From Delftia acidovorans NBRC 14950 (GTDB taxonomy: Bacteria > Pseudomonadota > Gammaproteobacteria > Burkholderiales > Burkholderiaceae_C), in assembly GCF_001598795.1 (NCBI RefSeq), contig NZ_BCZP01000007.1, forward strand, positions 30,001 to 62,000: a stretch of DNA of 32,000 nucleotides. Reading direction: 5' to 3'. Below are positions 6,595 through 15,531 of the stretch, in pieces (the first letter of the stretch is position 1; each line of letters opens with the position of its first letter). The notes under the pieces are model-generated. The model worked only from the letters and a program-made list of their open reading frames with translations. It was not told the DNA's origin and ran no database searches. Made by a program: the position numbers and the translations under genes.

Positions 6595-7302
6595 TTGACC
6601 ATGCAAACAACGCCTTCCACAAAAACCATCGTCAATCAGATTTTTGATGAGGACCGTTTGTCGGAGCTATTGAAACAAGAAGCCTCTGATGGCCTTGGTT
6701 TCGAGCAATGCGAATTCGATGGATTGAATCTCTATCAACTCGATTTGCAGGGCGCGCAATTTGTGGAGTGCAGTTTTGCCGACACCTGCTTTGAAAGCTG
6801 CCAACTGGCCGGCACCCGCTGGCTGCATTGCAAGGCGGGCCACGCCGATTTTCGGCTGGCCAACCTGACGGATGCCCTGTTTTGCCAGAGCGACCTGAAC
6901 AACACCAACTGGGAATTGGCCAAGCTGGCCTCAGCGCGCTTTCTTGAAGTCAAGCTGACGGGCGCCAGGTTTGGCGGTGCGCAAACCCTGGGCATTGATT
7001 TTCATGAGTCCCTGCTGATTGGTGCCGATCTGCGCGGCATGTCCTTCCGCAAGAAAACGCTGGAAGGCCTGAACTTCAGCGATGCCGATCTGGCCGGCTG
7101 CGACTTCCGCGATGCCGTTTTCCACAAGGCAAGCCTGCGCGATGCCCATCTCAAGAATGCCCGGTTCGATGGCGCGGACCTGCGCTCGGCGGACTTGCGC
7201 GGCTTGACGATTGCCTCGCTCAGCCAGCATTTCAAGGGCAGCCTGATCTCGCATGAGCAGGCTGCCGAGCTGGTGGGCGGGCTGGGCGTGCGCGTGATGT
7301 GA
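6595..7302 (+). CDS. Pentapeptide-repeat protein, MfpA/Qnr-like (probable topoisomerase-interacting DNA mimic)
   Basis: 33 consecutive pentads in unbroken register, from CEFDG|LNLYQ|LDLQG|AQFVE... to ...ARFDG|ADLRS|ADLRG, with F/L/W at the centre position. The C-terminal tail ISHEQAAELVGGLGVRVM resembles the dimerisation tail of Qnr/MfpA proteins. A non-repeat N-terminal extension of about 40 aa precedes the repeats. Confidence 0.85.
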   Translation: MTMQTTPSTKTIVNQIFDEDRLSELLKQEASDGLGFEQCEFDGLNLYQLDLQGAQFVECSFADTCFESCQLAGTRWLHCKAGHADFRLANLTDALFCQSDLNNTNWELAKLASARFLEVKLTGARFGGAQTLGIDFHESLLIGADLRGMSFRKKTLEGLNFSDADLAGCDFRDAVFHKASLRDAHLKNARFDGADLRSADLRGLTIASLSQHFKGSLISHEQAAELVGGLGVRVM

Positions 7303-7337
7303 AGTCGAGGCGGGTGCGCCGCCACCGCCATCCGCAC

Positions 7338-7838
7338 TCAGTAAACGATGTCGTGCTTGTACAGCAGCCTGGAGATGTCCTTGGGCACAAAGCCTGTCAG
7401 CAGCGAGTTCTCGTCGAGCAGATTGATGAACTCCCCCGCCGTGCAGGACTTGGAGTGGTCAATGATGAAGTCCAGAAACTCCTCGCTGACGCGGTCACCG
7501 TCCTGCTCGAAGGACCAGCTGTGCTCCTGGCCGCCCGATTGAAAGCGCAGCGTGACGGTGTCGCCCTCCATGCCGGATTCGATGCCCTCATAGCCGATGG
7601 CGCCACCGCAAGCCTTGGCGAAGCGCTTGAGCAGGGCCACGTAGTCTTCGTCGGCCTCGTTGTCTTCGCCAATGCCGCCATCGAACAATTTGACCTGGGC
7701 GGCCTTGGTGTGCTGGCGCAGTGCCGCCATCAAGGCGTACTCGTCCTCGATGGAGGCGATGTCGAAATCCGCAGGCACGATGCCGTGCGTCTTCATGGCG
7801 GAGGCAATCACGGCGACAGGGTTCTGGCTCTGGGTCAT
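7338..7838 (-). CDS. Hypothetical acidic protein (166 aa); no family recognised
   Basis: Codon bias looks like coding sequence, and the protein is D/E-rich (IEDEYALMAAL, GEDNEADEDYVALL, EQDGDRVSEEFLDFIIDH). ATG verified at 7836-7838. An alternative in-frame ATG at 7913 would add 25 aa. The rest of the 345-aa track ORF upstream is Pro/Arg/Ala-rich junk that overlaps the VF530 gene in another frame. Confidence 0.6.
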   Translation of the reverse strand: MTQSQNPVAVIASAMKTHGIVPADFDIASIEDEYALMAALRQHTKAAQVKLFDGGIGEDNEADEDYVALLKRFAKACGGAIGYEGIESGMEGDTVTLRFQSGGQEHSWSFEQDGDRVSEEFLDFIIDHSKSCTAGEFINLLDENSLLTGFVPKDISRLLYKHDIVY

Positions 7839-7941
7839 GGTGGTGTCTGAAAGGGTTGCGGGATCGGAGACGGTGCCGATGATAGGCACAGCCTGTGCCT
7901 GCGCACTGGACATCTTGTCCGGTGGCGTCCGGCTTGCGCCT

Positions 7942-8205
7942 TCAGTCTGTGGAAGCGGGGCTGCGCCTGTCCTTGCGCAGCATGTCCAGATAGAGCGCTT
8001 CCACCTTCTCGCGCGCCCAGGGCGTCTTGCGCAGGAATTTGAGACTGGAGCTGACGCTGGGGTCCAGCGTGAAGCAGCGCACCGGAACCTGCCGTGCCAG
8101 GGCGGGCCAGCCATAGCGGGCCTCCAGGGCACGGACGATGGCTTCGAGCGTGACGCCGTGCAGCGGATTGCGGGGCTGGGCGGCGGGGGGCGGAGTTTCT
8201 TGCAT
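7942..8205 (-). CDS. VF530-family (DUF2132) small DNA-binding protein
   Basis: [63 protein letters not shown] matches my recollection of the VF530/DUF2132 family signature (HG.TLE....L...YGW..L......CF...[20 protein letters not shown]). ATG verified at 8203-8205. Confidence 0.75.
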   Translation of the reverse strand: MQETPPPAAQPRNPLHGVTLEAIVRALEARYGWPALARQVPVRCFTLDPSVSSSLKFLRKTPWAREKVEALYLDMLRKDRRSPASTD

Positions 8206-8411
8206 GGGGTGATTCTCCCTTGTGATGGACCGCAAGCCTGGCAGTGCGGTGCACGCGCTGGTGCCGAAGTTGGCAGCGGCAGGACAGGTTCCGCAGAAAC
8301 GGGGCTGCGCCGGCACTGTGCGAGCGCGGAAAAATTTGTAAACACATGAAACCAAAGAAGAAGTTTCTGTAGCATTCACGGCGTCCCCGCCTCTTCTTCG
8401 AACCCGCTTCC

Positions 8412-9968
8412 ATGCCTGCCCTGTCCCTTCGCCAGAAACTGCTGGCTCCGCTGGTTTTCTGCCTGCTGGCGCTGCTTGCGCTGACCCTGTTCAACGCCTA
8501 CCAGGCACGCAGCAAGGCCTATGAGGCCCGGCAGCAGGCGCTGCGGGACTTTGTCGATTCGGCAGACAGCCTGATTGCCGCCATTGCGGCAGAGGCCAAG
8601 GCCGGCAAGCTGCCTGAAGAAGACGCCAAGGCCACGGCCATTGCCCGCGTGGGGCAGCTGCGCTATGCCGGTGGTGCGGGCTACATCACCAGCATCACGA
8701 CGGATTCCGTGGTGCTGAACAACCCCGCAAGCCCGGGCATCAACGGCAAGAACATGGGCGCCTTCCAGGACGCCAAGGGCAGCTACCTCTACCGCAGCAT
8801 TGCCGCCGTGGGCGCGTCTGCCCAGGGCAACGGCTACCTCACCTACTGGTGGCCCCGTCCCGGCGCGAAGGAGCCCAGCGAGAAGCTGGCCTATGCCAAG
8901 CGATCCACCTCCTGGAACTGGGACCTGATCGCGGGTGACTATGTGGACGACATCCAGCAGGCCTTCATCGCCACCATCATCAAGTCGGTGGCGGCGCTGG
9001 CGGTGCTGGGCGCACTGCTGTCGTTGATCGCCTGGATGGCCACGCGCAGCGTGCTCCAGGCCATCGGCGGAGAGCCGGCCGTGGCGGCAGCGATCGCCAA
9101 CCGCATCGCCGCCGGGGATCTGTCGCAAACCGGGCTGGAGGGGGCATCGCACGCACCGGAAGGCAGCGTGATCGCGGCGGTGCAGCGCATGAGCGAGCAG
9201 CTGCGCCAACTGGTGACGCGCATCCATGACACGGCGGGCATCATCCACCGCTCGGCCGGCGAGATTGCCACGGGCAGCCTGGACCTGTCGCAGCGCACGG
9301 AGCAGCAGGCCAGCTCGCTGGAGGAAACGGCGGCGTCCATGGAGCAGTTGACCGCCACCGTGCACCAGAACGCGGAAAACGCGCAGCAGGCAAGCCAGAT
9401 CGCCTCGGGCGCCTGCGCGGTGGCCGAGCGCGGCGGCACCGTGGTGGACCAGGTGGTGAGCACGATGGGCGAGATCAATACCTCGTCGCGCCGCGTGGTG
9501 GACATCATCGGCGTGATCGACGGCATCGCCTTCCAGACCAACATCCTCGCACTGAACGCGGCCGTGGAGGCTGCGCGCGCTGGCGACCAGGGGCGCGGCT
9601 TCGCGGTCGTGGCGGGCGAGGTGCGCACCCTGGCGCAGCGCAGCGCCTCGGCCGCGCGCGAGATCAAGACGCTGATCCAGGCCTCGGTGGAGCGTGTGGA
9701 TGCCGGCGCCACCTTGGTGGACCAGGCCGGGCAGACCATGCGCGAAGTGGTCACCACGGTGCGCAACATCACAGGCATCGTGACCGAGATCGCCTCGGCC
9801 AGCCGCGAGCAAAGCAGCGGCATCGAGCAGGTGGGCCATGCCGTGACCGACATGGACCGCGTGACCCAGCAGAACGCCGCACTGGTGGAGCAGTCCTCGG
9901 CCGCCACGCAGGTGCTGCAGCAGGAGTCGGAGAAGCTCTCCCGCCTGACGGCATCGTTCAAACTCTAG
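8412..9968 (+). CDS. Methyl-accepting chemotaxis protein (N-terminal TM, sCache_2-like sensor, HAMP, MA signalling domain)
   Basis: Cache_2-type motif [46 protein letters not shown] region. The highly conserved MCP hairpin is present ([21 protein letters not shown]...[40 protein letters not shown]). Confidence 0.95.
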   Translation: MPALSLRQKLLAPLVFCLLALLALTLFNAYQARSKAYEARQQALRDFVDSADSLIAAIAAEAKAGKLPEEDAKATAIARVGQLRYAGGAGYITSITTDSVVLNNPASPGINGKNMGAFQDAKGSYLYRSIAAVGASAQGNGYLTYWWPRPGAKEPSEKLAYAKRSTSWNWDLIAGDYVDDIQQAFIATIIKSVAALAVLGALLSLIAWMATRSVLQAIGGEPAVAAAIANRIAAGDLSQTGLEGASHAPEGSVIAAVQRMSEQLRQLVTRIHDTAGIIHRSAGEIATGSLDLSQRTEQQASSLEETAASMEQLTATVHQNAENAQQASQIASGACAVAERGGTVVDQVVSTMGEINTSSRRVVDIIGVIDGIAFQTNILALNAAVEAARAGDQGRGFAVVAGEVRTLAQRSASAAREIKTLIQASVERVDAGATLVDQAGQTMREVVTTVRNITGIVTEIASASREQSSGIEQVGHAVTDMDRVTQQNAALVEQSSAATQVLQQESEKLSRLTASFKL

Positions 9969-9994
9969 GCTTCGCTTCCCTTCTCTTTTCAGAC

Positions 9995-10300
9995 ATGATC
10001 ACCTGCTACCTGCGCTACATCATCGACCCGTTCAAGGCCAAGGAATTCGAGGAGTACGGCAAGACCTGGATTCCGCTGGTCGAGAAATTCGGCGGCAAGC
10101 ACCACGGCTACTTCCTGCCGTCCGAAGGCGCCAACAATGTGGCGCTGGCCATGTTCAGCTTCCCCAGCATGGCGCTGTACGAGGAGTACCGCATCAAGTC
10201 CATGCAGGACCCCGAATGCCAGGCCGCCTTCCGCTACGCGGAGGACACGCGCTGCATCCTGAGCTACGAGCGCAGCTTCATGCGCCCGGTGTTCGGCTGA
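9995..10300 (+). CDS. NIPSNAP-family protein
   Basis: About 100 aa with an NIPSNAP-like pattern (YIIDPFKAKEFEEY...GGKHHGYFLPSEGANNVALAMFSFPSMALYEEYR). Lies 27 nt after the MCP stop. Confidence 0.75.
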   Translation: MITCYLRYIIDPFKAKEFEEYGKTWIPLVEKFGGKHHGYFLPSEGANNVALAMFSFPSMALYEEYRIKSMQDPECQAAFRYAEDTRCILSYERSFMRPVFG

Positions 10301-10309
10301 ACCTCCCCC

Positions 10310-10340
10310 CGCGCCACGCCCATGTGCGTGGCGCGCGTTT
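10310..10340 (+). terminator. Probable intrinsic terminator after the MCP-NIPSNAP unit
   Basis: Perfect 10-bp GC stem CGCGCCACGC (10310-10319) / GCGTGGCGCG (10326-10335), loop ccatgt, followed by cgtttgc (short T tract). Confidence 0.6.
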
Positions 10341-10412
10341 GCAAATACGGAATCGGTATTTTCACAACTGAAGTACGCTAACTAGCATCCATCCCATTGC
10401 AATCTTTTGAGG

Positions 10413-11405
10413 ATGGAGCGCGTGAACAAGCGTCGTTTCCTGCTGGCCGGCCCTTCTCTGCTGGCCGCTGCCGCCCTGGCTTCCACCACCGCCGCACGTG
10501 CTGCGGCCGACCCCAGGACCCGATTGGTCGTCGCCGACCAGAGCGAGCTGCTGCGCCACCTGCTGGATGCCAGCGGTGAGCGCAAGCGCCTGGGCTTTCA
10601 GCTGGAGCTGCCCAACTTCGCGGGCGGCCCGGCCATCTTCGAGGCCATACGCGCAGGCGCGCTGGACATTGCCTATGTGGGCGACACGCCGCCCATTCAG
10701 GCGCGCGCCGCCGGTGTGCAGCTGCCCATCATCGCCACCTTCACGCGCGAGCGCGCCCAGTACCGGCTGGTGCAGCGTGCCGATGCAGGCATAGAGCGCC
10801 TGGCCGACCTGCGCGGCAAGCGCCTGAGCTATGTGGAAGGCTCGGGCCGCCAGGTCTTCCTGATCGAGGCATTGACACGCGCGGGCCTGACGCTGGCCGA
10901 CGTGAAGCTGGTCAACCTGCGCGTGGCCGAACTCAACGACGCGCTGCGCGCCAAGGCCGTGGACGTGGCCGTGCTCATGGAGCCCCATGTCACGCGCCTG
11001 GGCAAGCAGATCGGCGCGCGGCCCGTGCCCGATCCGCAGGAGCGCACGCTGCTGCCCGCCACCTCGTACCTCTACGCACGGCCCGACGTGCTGGCCGACC
11101 CGGCCAAGTCCCAGGCCATCGTCGATTTCCTGGGCGCCTTCGTGCGCGCAGGCAAGTGGAGCAATGGCCACGAGCAGGAATGGGGCCGCCACTACTACAC
11201 GCAGTTCCAGCGCATCGATGCGGAGAGCACGGCGGCCATCCTGGCATCGCAGTCCGACCTGCTGTTCCAGACGGCCGCCGAGGCGCAGCCCCACCACCAG
11301 AAGCTGATCGACATCCTGCACGCAGCCGGCAGCCTGCCGCAGCGGCTGGATGCGGCCGGCTCCTTCGTGTCCACCTACGACCGCGTGATCGTGGCCAACC
11401 GATGA
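10413..11405 (+). CDS. ABC transporter periplasmic substrate-binding protein, aliphatic-sulfonate/NMT1 (SsuA-like) family, with Tat-type signal
   Basis: RRFLLAGPSLLAAAALASTTAARAAA signal peptide. SsuA/NMT1-like body (GGPAIFEAIRAGALDIAYVGDTPPI, LRGKRLSYVEGSG). The start is uncertain: ATG 10413, or GTG 10422, which has better spacing to an AGGA. Confidence 0.8.
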   Translation: MERVNKRRFLLAGPSLLAAAALASTTAARAAADPRTRLVVADQSELLRHLLDASGERKRLGFQLELPNFAGGPAIFEAIRAGALDIAYVGDTPPIQARAAGVQLPIIATFTRERAQYRLVQRADAGIERLADLRGKRLSYVEGSGRQVFLIEALTRAGLTLADVKLVNLRVAELNDALRAKAVDVAVLMEPHVTRLGKQIGARPVPDPQERTLLPATSYLYARPDVLADPAKSQAIVDFLGAFVRAGKWSNGHEQEWGRHYYTQFQRIDAESTAAILASQSDLLFQTAAEAQPHHQKLIDILHAAGSLPQRLDAAGSFVSTYDRVIVANR

Positions 11406-11424
11406 ACCGGCCAGAAAACACACG

Positions 11425-12288
11425 ATGACGCAAGCGCACCTGGACATCAACGCGGCCGGTCTGGCACCGGCCACCGCAGCCGCCGCTCAATCCGAGCCCG
11501 CCACCCGGGCCGCCGTGCAACTGGTGCCCGCGCGCCTGTCGCAGGGCGCGCTGCTGGTGGGCCCCGGCCTGCTGCTGGTGCTGTGGGAGGCGGCCTCGCG
11601 CCTGGGCTGGCTGTCGCCCGAGACACTGACCGCGCCCTCGCAGGCCCTGGTCGCCGGCTACGGCATGGTGGCAGACGGCAGCCTGCTGCCCCACCTGCTG
11701 GCATCGGCAGGCCGTGCCTACAGCGGGTTGCTGCTGGGCGTGGTGGCTGGCGTGCTGCTGGCCCTGGCCTCGGGCCTGACGCGCACGGGCGAGGCCCTGC
11801 TCGACGGCCTGGTGCAGATCAAGCGCGCCGTGCCCACGCTGGCGCTGATTCCCCTGGCCATCATCTGGCTGGGCATTGGCGAGTCCATGAAGATCTTTCT
11901 GATCTTCACGGCCGTGCTGGTGCCCGTCTACATCAACACCCACGCGGCCCTGCGCGGCATCGACATCGGCCATGTGGAGCTGGCCCAGACCCTGGGCCTG
12001 TCGCGCGCCGAATTCATCCGCAAGGTGGCGCTGCCGGGCGCACTGCCGGGCTTCTTCGTGGGCCTGCGCATTGCCGTGTCGCTGTGCTGGACGGCGCTGG
12101 TGGTGCTGGAGCTGATCAACACGCAGACCGGCATCGGCTACCTCATGAACCGCGCCCGCGACTGGGGGCAGACCGATGTGATCGTGGTGGGCATCCTCAT
12201 CTACGCCCTGCTGGGCCTGCTGTCCGACGCCGTGGTGCGCCGCATCGAGGCGCACGTGCTGTCCTACCGGAGGTCGCTGGGATCATGA
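11425..12288 (+). CDS. ABC transporter permease (SsuC/TauC-like, BPD_transp_1)
   Basis: Multi-TM protein with the EAA-type loop (ELAQTLGLSRAEFIRKVALPGALP). Its stop overlaps the ATPase start (ATGA at 12285-12288). Confidence 0.9.
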   Translation: MTQAHLDINAAGLAPATAAAAQSEPATRAAVQLVPARLSQGALLVGPGLLLVLWEAASRLGWLSPETLTAPSQALVAGYGMVADGSLLPHLLASAGRAYSGLLLGVVAGVLLALASGLTRTGEALLDGLVQIKRAVPTLALIPLAIIWLGIGESMKIFLIFTAVLVPVYINTHAALRGIDIGHVELAQTLGLSRAEFIRKVALPGALPGFFVGLRIAVSLCWTALVVLELINTQTGIGYLMNRARDWGQTDVIVVGILIYALLGLLSDAVVRRIEAHVLSYRRSLGS

Positions 12289-13010
12289 GCCATCACCCCA
12301 CCCCGGGCGCCGTGCGGCTGCAGCGCTTCACGCGCAGCTTTGGCGGCAAGAACGTGCTGGACGCCATCGACCTGGACATTGCCCCGGGCCAGTTCGTGGC
12401 CCTGCTGGGCGAGTCCGGCTCGGGCAAGACCACCTTGCTGCGCGCGCTCGCCGGGCTGGACGGCCATGCGCAGTCCAGCGGCGCGGCCAGTGCGCAGGGC
12501 AATGTGTCCGTGCTGTTCCAGGACGCGCGCCTGCTGCCCTGGCTGTCGGTGCTGGACAACCTCACGCTGGGTCTGGGCGCGCGTGCCGTGCTGCCCGCAG
12601 CACGGCAAATCCTGCACGACGTGGGCCTGCAGGACAAGGCCGGCGCCTGGCCCGCCACGCTGTCGGGCGGCCAGAAGCAGCGTGCATCGCTGGCCCGCAG
12701 CCTGCTGCGCGACCCGCACGTGCTGCTGGCCGACGAGCCCTTCGGCGCGCTGGACGCGCTCACGCGCATGCGCATGCACGGCCTGCTGCTGCGCCTGGTC
12801 GAGCGCATACGGCCCACGGTCATCCTCGTCACGCACGACGTGGACGAATCCCTGCTGCTGGCCGACCGCATCCTGGTGCTCAGGGACGGCCGCATCGCCG
12901 AAGACCACGCCGTGGACCTGCCCCATCCCCGCCGCCCCGACCATCCTGTCTTCATGCAGCTGCGCGCCACCTTGCTGCGCAGCCTGGGCGTCGAGACAGA
13001 GATCGCCTGA
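12285..13010 (+). CDS. ABC transporter ATP-binding protein (SsuB/nitrate-sulfonate-bicarbonate family)
   Basis: Walker A GESGSGKTT, signature LSGGQKQR, Walker B VLLADEPFGALD, H-loop VTHD. ATG verified at 12285. The longer track ORF from 11583 is an out-of-context upstream extension over the permease gene. Confidence 0.9.
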   Translation: MSHHPTPGAVRLQRFTRSFGGKNVLDAIDLDIAPGQFVALLGESGSGKTTLLRALAGLDGHAQSSGAASAQGNVSVLFQDARLLPWLSVLDNLTLGLGARAVLPAARQILHDVGLQDKAGAWPATLSGGQKQRASLARSLLRDPHVLLADEPFGALDALTRMRMHGLLLRLVERIRPTVILVTHDVDESLLLADRILVLRDGRIAEDHAVDLPHPRRPDHPVFMQLRATLLRSLGVETEIA

Positions 13011-13057
13011 CGCCGGCCCCGCCCGCGAAACAACCCACACAACAAAGGACTGCTCCC

Positions 13058-14425
13058 ATGTCTCGGCAACTGCACCTGAACCTGTTCCTCATGACGCGCG
13101 GCCACCATGAAGGCGCCTGGCGCCATCCCGGCGCCAACCGCAAGGCGCTCACCGACCTGGAGCTGTACGTCGATGCCGCACGCATCGCCGAGGCCGCCAA
13201 ATTCGACGCCGTCTTCCTGGCCGACAGCCTGGTCGGGCCCGAGAACGGCCAGCAGATCACCTCGGGCCTGCTGGACCCGCTGGTGCTGCTGACGGCACTG
13301 GCGCTGCGCACCGAGCGCATCGGCCTGATCGGCACCGCCTCCACCACCTACAGCCATGCCTATACGCTGGCGCGCCAGTTCGCCTCGCTGGACCATCTGT
13401 CCAAGGGGCGGGCGGGCTGGAACATCGTCACTTCCTGGGCGCCCAATGCGGGCCTGAACTTCGGACTGGCCGACAACGTGGACCACGGCGACCGCTACCG
13501 CATCGCCGAGGAATTCGTGTCCGCCGTCGATGCGCTGTGGCGCAGCTTTCCGGCCAGCGCCCTGCTGGACGACACGGCGGCCGGCCAGTTCCTCGATGCA
13601 TCGCAGATCCGGCCCGTCCACTTCGAGGGCAAATACATACGCACGCGCGGCCCGCTCAACGTGCCCGGCAGCCCGCAGGGCCGGCCCGTCTTCGTGCAGG
13701 CCGGCCAGTCCGAGTCCGGCCGCGCCTTTGCCGCGCAATGGGCCGAGGCCATCTTCACGGCCCACGGCTCGCGGGAATCGGCCCAGGCCTTCTATGCCGA
13801 CATCAAGGGACAGGCGCAGCAGTTGGGCCGCCGCCCGCAGGACATCGTGATCCTGCCCGGCATCAGCGCCGCCATAGGCTCTACCGAATACGAGGCGCGC
13901 CAGGTCTGGGAAGAGCTCGACAGCCTGACCAGCATCGAGGTCGGCCTGGCCCGCCTGTCCGCACGCTTTGGCGGCCACGACTTCTCGGCCGTGCCGCTGG
14001 ACCGCCTGCTTACGCGCGACGACTTCCCCGATCCCGACAAGGTCGAAGCCTCGCGCAGCCGCGCCGTGGGCTACGTGGAAACCAGCCTGCGCGACGGCCT
14101 CACCCTGCGCGGCCTGCTCAAGCGCCTGGCCGGCGCCCGCGGCCACCTGGCCGTGGCCGGCACGCCCGAACAGGTGGCCGACATCATCGAAGACTGGTTC
14201 AAGCACGGCGCAGCCGACGGCTTCAACGTCATGCCGCCCATACTCAACCAGCAGTTCGAGCTGTTCACCAGCGAAGTCGTGCCCCTGCTGCGCAAGCGCG
14301 GCCTGTTCCGCGAGGAATACGAAAGCCGCACGCTGCGCGGGCATTTCGGGCTGGGGGAGCTGGCGGGGACGGGGGCGGGTGGTGCCCCAGCCGCCCGCCC
14401 AAGGGAGCAAGCGCTGGCGGCTTGA
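13058..14425 (+). CDS. LLM-class flavin-dependent monooxygenase, NtaA/SnaA/DszA family
   Basis: The N-terminus LHLNLFLMTRGHHEGAWRHP is characteristic of the NtaA/DszA group, and the length is about 455 aa. AAAGGA lies upstream of ATG 13058. Confidence 0.85.
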   Translation: MSRQLHLNLFLMTRGHHEGAWRHPGANRKALTDLELYVDAARIAEAAKFDAVFLADSLVGPENGQQITSGLLDPLVLLTALALRTERIGLIGTASTTYSHAYTLARQFASLDHLSKGRAGWNIVTSWAPNAGLNFGLADNVDHGDRYRIAEEFVSAVDALWRSFPASALLDDTAAGQFLDASQIRPVHFEGKYIRTRGPLNVPGSPQGRPVFVQAGQSESGRAFAAQWAEAIFTAHGSRESAQAFYADIKGQAQQLGRRPQDIVILPGISAAIGSTEYEARQVWEELDSLTSIEVGLARLSARFGGHDFSAVPLDRLLTRDDFPDPDKVEASRSRAVGYVETSLRDGLTLRGLLKRLAGARGHLAVAGTPEQVADIIEDWFKHGAADGFNVMPPILNQQFELFTSEVVPLLRKRGLFREEYESRTLRGHFGLGELAGTGAGGAPAARPREQALAA

Positions 14426-14456
14426 CCGATGCGGCGCAGCGGCTGCACAGACAGGC

Positions 14457-15350
14457 CTACAGCAGAATGTCCGCCGTGGGGTACTTCCAGAAGTCGCGCA
14501 GCAGGTAGCTGATCGGCAGGTTCAGATTCGTGGAGCTGGGTGGAATCGGCTGCAGGAACCACTTCTCGTAGATGGGGTGGATTTCGCGGCTGGTGATGAT
14601 CCGCTTCATCTCTTCATCGACCAGTTTCTTGAACGCGGTATCGGCCTTCGGCAGCATGATGGCCAGGGGTTCGGTGGACAGGAACTTGCCCACCACCTTC
14701 AGGGCGCGTGGATCGGGCCGTGCAGCGGCCAGCCCGTTGAGAAGCACGTCATCCATCACGAACGCGTCGGCTTCGCCCTTCTCCACCATCTCCAGGGCCC
14801 TCGCGTGATCGGGGGCCTCCACAATGGTGATGCCCATGAGGCGCTGCCTGTTGGCCTGCGTCACCAGGGCCATCGGGCTGGTGCCCTTGGTGGAAACCAG
14901 CTTTTTGCCCTTGAGATCTTCCATCGCGTTGACGGTGCTTTCGGCCTTCACGAGCATCCGGGCGCCGGTGATGAAATGGGGAACCGTGAACGCCACGGTC
15001 TGGCGCCGCTGCGCGTTGTTCGTGGTCGAGCCGCACTCCATGTCGGCCTTGCCCTGCTCGATCACGGCCATGCGATTGGCGGGCGTGACCATCAGGAACT
15101 CCACCTTCATGTCCTTCCTGCCTGTCTGCTTGCGCACCGCCTCGGCCAGGCGAAGGCACAGATCCAGCGCGTAACCGACGGGCTTGCCGCTGCGCGTGTC
15201 GATGTAGGAGAAGGGGACCGACGATTCCCGGTGCGCAATCACCAGCGCGCCACCGGCCTGGACCTTGTCCAGCACACCGGCTGCAGATACACCGCTCAAG
15301 GCCGACAGGCCCAACGCACCCAACGCAATTCCCCACTGGCGAAAGATCAT
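14457..15350 (-). CDS. Periplasmic amino-acid-binding protein, GltI-like (glutamate/aspartate type), orphan
   Basis: HRESSVPFSY, ECGSTTNN, FVMDDVLL and KWF..PIPP...NLN match E. coli GltI as I remember it. A signal peptide follows ATG 15350. There is no adjacent permease or ATPase. Confidence 0.85.
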   Translation of the reverse strand: MIFRQWGIALGALGLSALSGVSAAGVLDKVQAGGALVIAHRESSVPFSYIDTRSGKPVGYALDLCLRLAEAVRKQTGRKDMKVEFLMVTPANRMAVIEQGKADMECGSTTNNAQRRQTVAFTVPHFITGARMLVKAESTVNAMEDLKGKKLVSTKGTSPMALVTQANRQRLMGITIVEAPDHARALEMVEKGEADAFVMDDVLLNGLAAARPDPRALKVVGKFLSTEPLAIMLPKADTAFKKLVDEEMKRIITSREIHPIYEKWFLQPIPPSSTNLNLPISYLLRDFWKYPTADILL

Positions 15351-15531
15351 CGAAGTCCTTGGATCGCAAGCGCCGGGCGGCGCCCAGCAGTGTCGTGACA
15401 GGTTATACACGTATTGTTACCAGATGTGCAAACCTGGCTGCTGGCGGTTTTGCCGGCACCTTGGCCGCTGGCTTTTCCCCCTCCCCCGTTATGGCAGGAT
15501 CACCAGCACCAGAATTACCGAGGGAACTCCC

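Noticed and set aside
6183-6647. 154-aa + strand ORF and several 69-81-aa ORFs inside the rsbR/pentapeptide intergenic region
   Set aside because: They have no coding-like codon bias, and they start at non-ATG codons or run into the pentapeptide gene out of frame. The region is better explained as regulatory DNA. A small protein cannot be formally excluded.
8376-9839. 487-aa ORF on the - strand, opposite the MCP gene
   Set aside because: Shadow ORF. The + strand encodes a textbook chemoreceptor signalling domain, and the antisense product is low-complexity (H/R/G/A/L-rich).
12293-14410. 705-aa ORF on the - strand spanning the ABC ATPase and monooxygenase genes (also 10362-11474, 10990-12255 and 12264-13040 on the - strand)
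   Set aside because: These are antisense to four well-supported + strand genes, cross their gene boundaries and show no domain signatures. They are high-GC shadow ORFs.
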